DNA from: Patescibacteria group bacterium
GTDB lineage: Bacteria > Patescibacteriota > Patescibacteriia > PEXW01
DNA length: 64,000 nt
Assembly (NCBI GenBank): GCA_041671325.1
Contig: JBAZBR010000002.1
Location: 137,978-201,977, forward strand
Reading direction: 5' to 3'
Positions 58,646 through 64,000 of the stretch are shown in pieces; within the stretch, counting starts at the first letter, position 1; each line of letters opens with the position of its first letter. The notes under the pieces were generated by a model, which was given only the letters and a program-made list of their open reading frames with translations, was not told the DNA's origin and did no database searches. Position numbers and translations under genes: made by a program.

Positions 58646-58945
58646 ATGCTCAGCAAGGCAGAAGTCATTAAAGTCTTAAAAACCTGCGATGATCCAGAAC
58701 TAGGGATTAACATTGTTGATTTAGGCTTGATTTACGATATAAATATTTCCAAAGATAAAATAGTCAAAGTCAAAATGACCTTGACTACGCCCGGCTGCCC
58801 GCTTTTGGATTATTTTGTGGATATGACGTCCAGCAAAATCAGGGGATTAAAAGAAGTAAAAGATGCCCTGGTTGAGATTACCTTTGACCCGCCTTGGGAC
58901 AAGAGTAAAATGAGCGAAGCAGCCAGGAACCAATTGAATATATAA
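58646..58945 (+). CDS. DUF59/SufT-like Fe-S assembly protein
   Basis: DPELGINIVDLGLIY and MTLTTPGCP motifs. Confidence 0.92.
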   Translation: MLSKAEVIKVLKTCDDPELGINIVDLGLIYDINISKDKIVKVKMTLTTPGCPLLDYFVDMTSSKIRGLKEVKDALVEITFDPPWDKSKMSEAARNQLNI

Positions 58946-59228
58946 AAAAATGCCCGCTCAAAGATTTTAAGCGGGCATCTAGGATATTTTTATTTTCTAA
59001 GAATCTACCGGAGTAGGGAAGAAATAACTCATAGACACAGTGGACGTGGCCGATCCTGTTGAATAAGCATCGGAAGTATTTTCCGTTTGATTTTCAGGAG
59101 ATTGCCCCAGCTTTTCGGTTTTGACCCGTATTGGTCGTTGATCTCCCCGGCGTATTTGCCTGCGTCTTTCATTGTCTTTTGCATTGCCAGATAATGCCAT
59201 TCTTTACCCCATGTTGAAGGTTGAAAGT

Positions 59229-59489
59229 TCAGCTATCTAACTTAAACTTGATTAATTGAGCAGGTTGGACTTTTCCAGAATTATCAAAAGCCCTTCGTGT
59301 CCGATTCGCGGCTTCGCCATCCCATATCGTGGTTGGGTTGATAATTGTTTTATCAGTTTTCGGGCTTGATTGCTGAGGGGGGAGCTGAGACGCACAGGCA
59401 AGCGTATAAGCGTCGTTATGCCCGACAGAATCAGGCTCAAAAACTGAAACAGGTTTGGCTCGGTGTCTCCATAGCCACCAAAAATCCAT
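59229..59489 (-). CDS. Hypothetical protein
   Basis: RBS AAGGAGG; TTGACA near 59585. Confidence 0.45.
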   Translation of the reverse strand: MDFWWLWRHRAKPVSVFEPDSVGHNDAYTLACASQLPPQQSSPKTDKTIINPTTIWDGEAANRTRRAFDNSGKVQPAQLIKFKLDS

Positions 59490-59623
59490 GTTATCCTCCT
59501 TGAAATAATGTCAAAAAAGCGTTAAACGTTTTATTTTATCTAAATTCAGGATATAACAATCTAAACCTTTAAAAAACATATGTCAAGGGTAAGTTCACCG
59601 AATATCCATGCTATAATTATCGT

Positions 59624-60373
59624 ATGAACAAAGCTTGGATTTTTTCCATCATCAGTGTTTTAGCAGTTAGTCTGGTTTCATTGATCGGGGTTTTTACCTT
59701 AAGCATGCAGGGGAATAAACTGAAGAAGTGGATTTTATATATGGTAAGTTTTGCCGCTGGCGCCATGTTAGGCGATGCTTTTATCCATTTATTGCCCGAA
59801 AGCGTTAAGGAAAATTCCTCAATTGAAACCGTGGCTTTTTCCATCTTAACCGGCATTGTTATTTTTTTCGTACTGGAAAAGATAATTTTCTGGCGCCACT
59901 GCCACCAGCCAACCAGTAAAAATCATATTCACGCCGTTGGCCCCATCAATTTAATTGGCGATGGCTTCCATAATTTTATTGATGGCATCATCATTGGCGC
60001 CAGCTATTTAGTCAGTATTCCCTTGGGCATCGCGACTACTGTGGCGGTTCTAATCCATGAGATCCCCCAGGAAATTGGTGATTTTGGCGTTTTGCTTCAC
60101 GCGGGTTATACCAGGAAACAAGCAATTGGTTTTAATTTCCTTTCGGCTTCAGCGGCTATGCTTGGCACGATATTAACTTTAATCATCGGACAGAGGGCGG
60201 AGGGTTTGGTGCATTTTTTACTGCCCTTTACCATCGGCGGATTTATTTATATTTCCGCAGCTGACTTGATGCCGGAATTGCACGGCGAAAAACATACTAA
60301 AGAATCTTTCCTCCAGCTGTTCTATTTTTTACTGGGAATTGGCCTAATGGCGCTAATGCTGTTGTTGGACTAA
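59624..60373 (+). CDS. ZIP family metal transporter
   Basis: HLLPES, HNFIDG and HEIPQEIGDF motifs. Confidence 0.95.
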   Translation: MNKAWIFSIISVLAVSLVSLIGVFTLSMQGNKLKKWILYMVSFAAGAMLGDAFIHLLPESVKENSSIETVAFSILTGIVIFFVLEKIIFWRHCHQPTSKNHIHAVGPINLIGDGFHNFIDGIIIGASYLVSIPLGIATTVAVLIHEIPQEIGDFGVLLHAGYTRKQAIGFNFLSASAAMLGTILTLIIGQRAEGLVHFLLPFTIGGFIYISAADLMPELHGEKHTKESFLQLFYFLLGIGLMALMLLLD

Positions 60374-60389
60374 AATTTCCAGAAAATAA

Positions 60390-61736
60390 TTATTTGGCCA
60401 CACCTTGAATAAAGCCAACGACTTTTTTGTGTTGAGCCAGCATGATTTCTTTAGTATCGCCTTCAACGGTAATCCTAAGCAGCGGTTCAGTGTTGGAAGC
60501 CCGGACATTGACCCACCAATCTTTGTATTCAATGGTTACCCCATCAAGTTCATCTTGCTTAGCATCGGCAAAGTGGTTTTTAACCGCCTGGATGACTTCT
60601 GGGATATTATTTACCGTAATATTCGTTTCATCAGCTCTTGAATAAGGGTTTAAGCCCTCAACCGCTTCTGAAAGTTTCTGATTTTTTTCGGAAATAAGCA
60701 TTAATAAAATTAAAACCGCAATGAAGCCTGAATCGCCAAAGTAATTTTTTCGGAAGCAATAATGGGCGGAAACCTCGCCACCCATGACGCCATTGTTATC
60801 CCGGATGGCTTTGGAAACATTTACAAAACCAACTGGGGTACGGATTGGCTTGCCGCCCCATTCTGTGATCCTTTGGGGGACGGCTTTGCTGCAAATGGCA
60901 TTATAAGAGATGACTGCCCCAGGTTCCCGTTCTAAAAAATATTTAGCTAAAAGTAAAAGGGTTGTGTCGGCCCGGACAAAATCGCCATTTTCCGTGACAA
61001 AAAACAGGCGGTCGGTATCACCATCCATAATAATCCCGAAATCCGCTTTTTCCTCAACTACCATTTTTTTGATTTGAACCTGGGATTCTGGAAGCAGTGG
61101 ATTGGAAGGGTGGGCTGGAAAGTTTCCGTCAAGTTTAAAGTTTAATGGGATTAATTGGCACGGGAGTTTTTCAAAAATCATAGGCATGACTTTACCGGCC
61201 ATGCCATTGCCGGCGTCAACTACAATTTTAAATGGTTTGATTTTGTCCTTATCGATAAAGGAAAAAATATGCTCAATGTACTCTTTCCAAATATTTTTTT
61301 CAGCTAATATGCCAGGTTTTTTTGTTGGAGTAAAGGTTTTGCCTTTAATGAATTCATAAACTTCTTGGCCTCTGACCATTCTAATGCCATTATCTAGTAC
61401 TGTCATTTTAAAGCCATTATATTCCTTAGGGTTATGAGAAGCGGTAGTCATTACGCCCCCGCCATATTTAAAGTGACCAGTCGAAAAATAAACCGCGTCA
61501 ATTGGGACTAAGCCAATATCATCAACATCCACGCCCTGGCTAAGGACGCCAGCAATAAACTGTTTTGTTAATTCTGGCGAGCCAAGCCGCATATCCCTGC
61601 CTACAAAGATTTTTTTAACCTTGGTCATTTGGGCATAGGCTTGGCCAACTACATAAGCGGTTTCTTCATTAAGTTCAGTTGGGTAAATGCCCCGGATGTC
61701 ATAAGCTTTGAAAACTTTTGGATTTAGATTATTCAT
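60390..61736 (-). CDS. Phosphomannomutase/phosphoglucomutase
   Basis: FKAYDIRG, TASHNP and DGDTDR motifs. Confidence 0.95.
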   Translation of the reverse strand: MNNLNPKVFKAYDIRGIYPTELNEETAYVVGQAYAQMTKVKKIFVGRDMRLGSPELTKQFIAGVLSQGVDVDDIGLVPIDAVYFSTGHFKYGGGVMTTASHNPKEYNGFKMTVLDNGIRMVRGQEVYEFIKGKTFTPTKKPGILAEKNIWKEYIEHIFSFIDKDKIKPFKIVVDAGNGMAGKVMPMIFEKLPCQLIPLNFKLDGNFPAHPSNPLLPESQVQIKKMVVEEKADFGIIMDGDTDRLFFVTENGDFVRADTTLLLLAKYFLEREPGAVISYNAICSKAVPQRITEWGGKPIRTPVGFVNVSKAIRDNNGVMGGEVSAHYCFRKNYFGDSGFIAVLILLMLISEKNQKLSEAVEGLNPYSRADETNITVNNIPEVIQAVKNHFADAKQDELDGVTIEYKDWWVNVRASNTEPLLRITVEGDTKEIMLAQHKKVVGFIQGVAK

Positions 61737-61980
61737 AAAATAAGTTTAAATAGCAATGGGATTATTGTAACACTAGAAAAAATATTGCGGAAGTAATTTG
61801 CCAAGCGTTTAAATCATTGATTGAAAATACCATTAAAATCGCGCATTATTTGAAAGAAATCCAAAAACCTTATGTAGTAATAATGTATTTTAAGAGTCAA
61901 TTTATCCAACCTGTTTTAGTGGCTTTAGGTATTGCGGGTTTTTATTTACTGCTTTTATATTATCAACCTCGCTTTATACC

Positions 61981-62211
61981 ATGACTAAACACCCGCGATT
62001 TTGGCGGATTGTCCATTACTTGGGTTTTCCTATGTTTGTTTTATTATTTTTACACGGAATACTTTTAGGTACGGATACCAAACAAATTTGGATGCAAATA
62101 ATCTATTGGGCGACTGGTAGTGCCGTGGGGCTAGCTGTAATTTATCGCATCCTTTGGCGATATTATCATCGGCAAATACCAGTTTTGAATATACCAGAAA
62201 GCAAGGTTTGA
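61981..62211 (+). pseudogene. Ferric-reductase-like transmembrane fragment
   Basis: WRIVHYL...LHGILLGTD resembles the C-terminal half only. Confidence 0.5.
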
Positions 62212-62784
62212 GGTTTTATTGCCAAAATTAGACTTATGTCATAAACTAAGTAAGCTTTATTTTGAAAGGAGAGGCGAAGTATGCACTTTCATTTTTCTGA
62301 TGCCACAAAAGGCGTCCTATGGGAAACCGCTAGATGGGGTGCCCAACGATTAGGAGTCATTCTCGGCATCCTATTCGTTGGGGGTATTCTCGCTCTTTTC
62401 GATTGACACGATTAACTACTTTAACAGACTCCTCGCACCAGCGGGGAGTTTTTAAATTAAAATACCCAATTACTAATTTTGATTCTTGTATCAAAAGGGG
62501 GTCCCCAAATTTTCCATCAGAAAATTTGGGGAGAGAGGCAAAAAAATTCAAATTCGACAAGCTAGTGCAAACGTGGAGCGCATCCCGAGCTTGTCGAGGG
62601 AGAGCACGCGTTTGCACTAAAAAGCGAGGCTTCGCACAGAGGCCGAAGCGGGGCGTGTCAAAGAAACGCCACGCGCAGGTCGACGTGCGAAACGAGCTGG
62701 TCGGGGATCCGGGACTTGCCCGGCATAGCCGGGTCCGGCTCTGCCGGAAACCCAAATAGTTAAGAAATTTTGATTAAATAAATT

Positions 62785-62860
62785 TGGTCGGGGTGGTGGG
62801 ACTTGAACCCACGGCCTCAGCGACCCGAACGCTGCGCGCTACCAACTGCGCTACACCCCG
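62785..62860 (-). tRNA. tRNA-Pro(CGG)
   Basis: Cloverleaf, anticodon arm CAGCG-TTCGGGT-CGCTG, encoded CCA. Confidence 0.95.
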
Positions 62861-62922
62861 AAAACTTATTCGAGATTACCTGGATATTGACGAAATGTCA
62901 AAGAAAAGGTAATTTAAGACTT

Positions 62923-63624
62923 ATGTCAGATAATCAATCAATGGCCATCCCTAATCATATTGGTTTTATTATGGATGGGAATCGTCGGTGGGCCAAAGAA
63001 CATGGCCTTTCAACCTTTGAAGGTCATCAAAATGGGTATAAAAAAATTCGATCAGTTCTTGACTGGTGTATAAATCGTGGAATTTATGTTGTAACGGTTT
63101 TTGCTTTTTCAACCGAGAATTGGAATCGTGCAAAAGACGAAGTGTCTTATTTGATGGAGTTGATGCACTGGGCTATTAAGAATGAATTGCAGGAATTGCA
63201 AAAACAGAAAGTGAAAGTTAATTTCCTCGGCAGGCTTGATGGACTACCTATTAAACTGCAAAAAGCAATGACTGATCTTGTTGAAAAGACTAAGAATAAT
63301 TCCAGGGCAGTATTGAATTTAGCAGTTAATTACGGTGGCAGGGCGGAGATAATTGATGCGGTAAAAAAAATTGCTATAGATAATCCTAAACTAACAGATG
63401 TTCAAGAGCGTGATATTAATAAGTTTTTATACGCGAGCTCTGTCCCTGATCCAGATTTAATAATAAGAACCTCAGGTGAAAAAAGACTTTCTGGTTTTTT
63501 ATTGTGGGAGGCGGCATATGCAGAGCTATTTTTCACAAAAAAGAAATGGCCAGAGTTTTCTGAATTGGATTTAGACGAAGCCGTAAAAGACTTTGGCAAG
63601 CGAAAAAGGAATTTCGGCGTTTAA
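62923..63624 (+). CDS. uppS: Undecaprenyl diphosphate synthase
   Basis: IMDGNRRWA, FSTENW and RTSGEKRLS motifs. Confidence 0.97.
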   Translation: MSDNQSMAIPNHIGFIMDGNRRWAKEHGLSTFEGHQNGYKKIRSVLDWCINRGIYVVTVFAFSTENWNRAKDEVSYLMELMHWAIKNELQELQKQKVKVNFLGRLDGLPIKLQKAMTDLVEKTKNNSRAVLNLAVNYGGRAEIIDAVKKIAIDNPKLTDVQERDINKFLYASSVPDPDLIIRTSGEKRLSGFLLWEAAYAELFFTKKKWPEFSELDLDEAVKDFGKRKRNFGV

Positions 63625-63693
63625 AATTAGCTTAAACTAATAATCCAAGTTTGGACAAAACCAGGCTTTTGTTATAATTTTAAGTCATCACTT

Positions 63694-64000
63694 ATGATTT
63701 TCCACCCATTATTACAGCCTAAAAAAACTAATTTGGAGACAAAGATAAGCAACTTTGCCAATGACATGGCTACCCGTGAACCCGAGGAGCTTAATAAGCC
63801 AATTAGTGTTTATAACAAGGGCTGGGTGATGGTAATGACGATTTACGCACTATTGGCGGTTTTGGCTTTTATGCTGGTCCCGGTAATAACTTTGACTTTT
63901 GGCGAATCAACCACGAATTTTTTAGAAAACGTCAAGGATTTGGTAAATTTTGGCGCGCCAACGCTTTTAATTGTCGCTATTCTTGTTGGCATAACTGGTT
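63694..64000 (+). CDS. Membrane protein, truncated by window end
   Basis: Open frame to the window end with two hydrophobic segments. Confidence 0.55.
   Translation, partial: MIFHPLLQPKKTNLETKISNFANDMATREPEELNKPISVYNKGWVMVMTIYALLAVLAFMLVPVITLTFGESTTNFLENVKDLVNFGAPTLLIVAILVGITG

Noticed and set aside
62334-62759. 141-aa and 132-aa overlapping ORFs
   Set aside because: Built from palindromes and the tRNA fragment; no recognisable domain

Overview
Bacterial chromosomal window. The gene set and style suggest Patescibacteria/CPR (inference): short HrcA, DUF3467, CPR-type C39 peptidase, many leaderless core genes and many palindromic repeats. Core content is a CIRCE-controlled hrcA-grpE-hsp20-dnaK...dnaJ locus, cysS, dus, queH, corA, sod, elp3 with a Trm9-like methyltransferase, dnaX, ispH, a ZIP transporter, PMM/PGM, uppS, tRNA-Gln(CTG) and tRNA-Pro(CGG). 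Two complete IS elements (IS1595 and IS481 families) each sit in the terminus of a MITE-like element that abuts a TTGACA -35 box. Two unusual arrays stand out. (1) 26.2-33.4 kb, between dnaK and dnaJ and bracketed by duplicated DUF3467 genes: 13 copies of an unnamed repeat (TCCGCTTCCACC...GCCCGCGGGGT) delimit 12 single-gene cassettes, most with their own promoter, RBS and terminator. This is integron-like, but there is no attC signature and no integrase in the window. Two candidate anti-Shine-Dalgarno sRNAs follow it. (2) 1-5.8 kb: one minus-strand unit with a ~560-nt structured leader, three copies of a covarying UUCG-hairpin RNA, ten tandem double-hairpin spacers between small unknown genes, and a D-armless tRNA-like element. 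All structures were paired by eye; no database searches were run.
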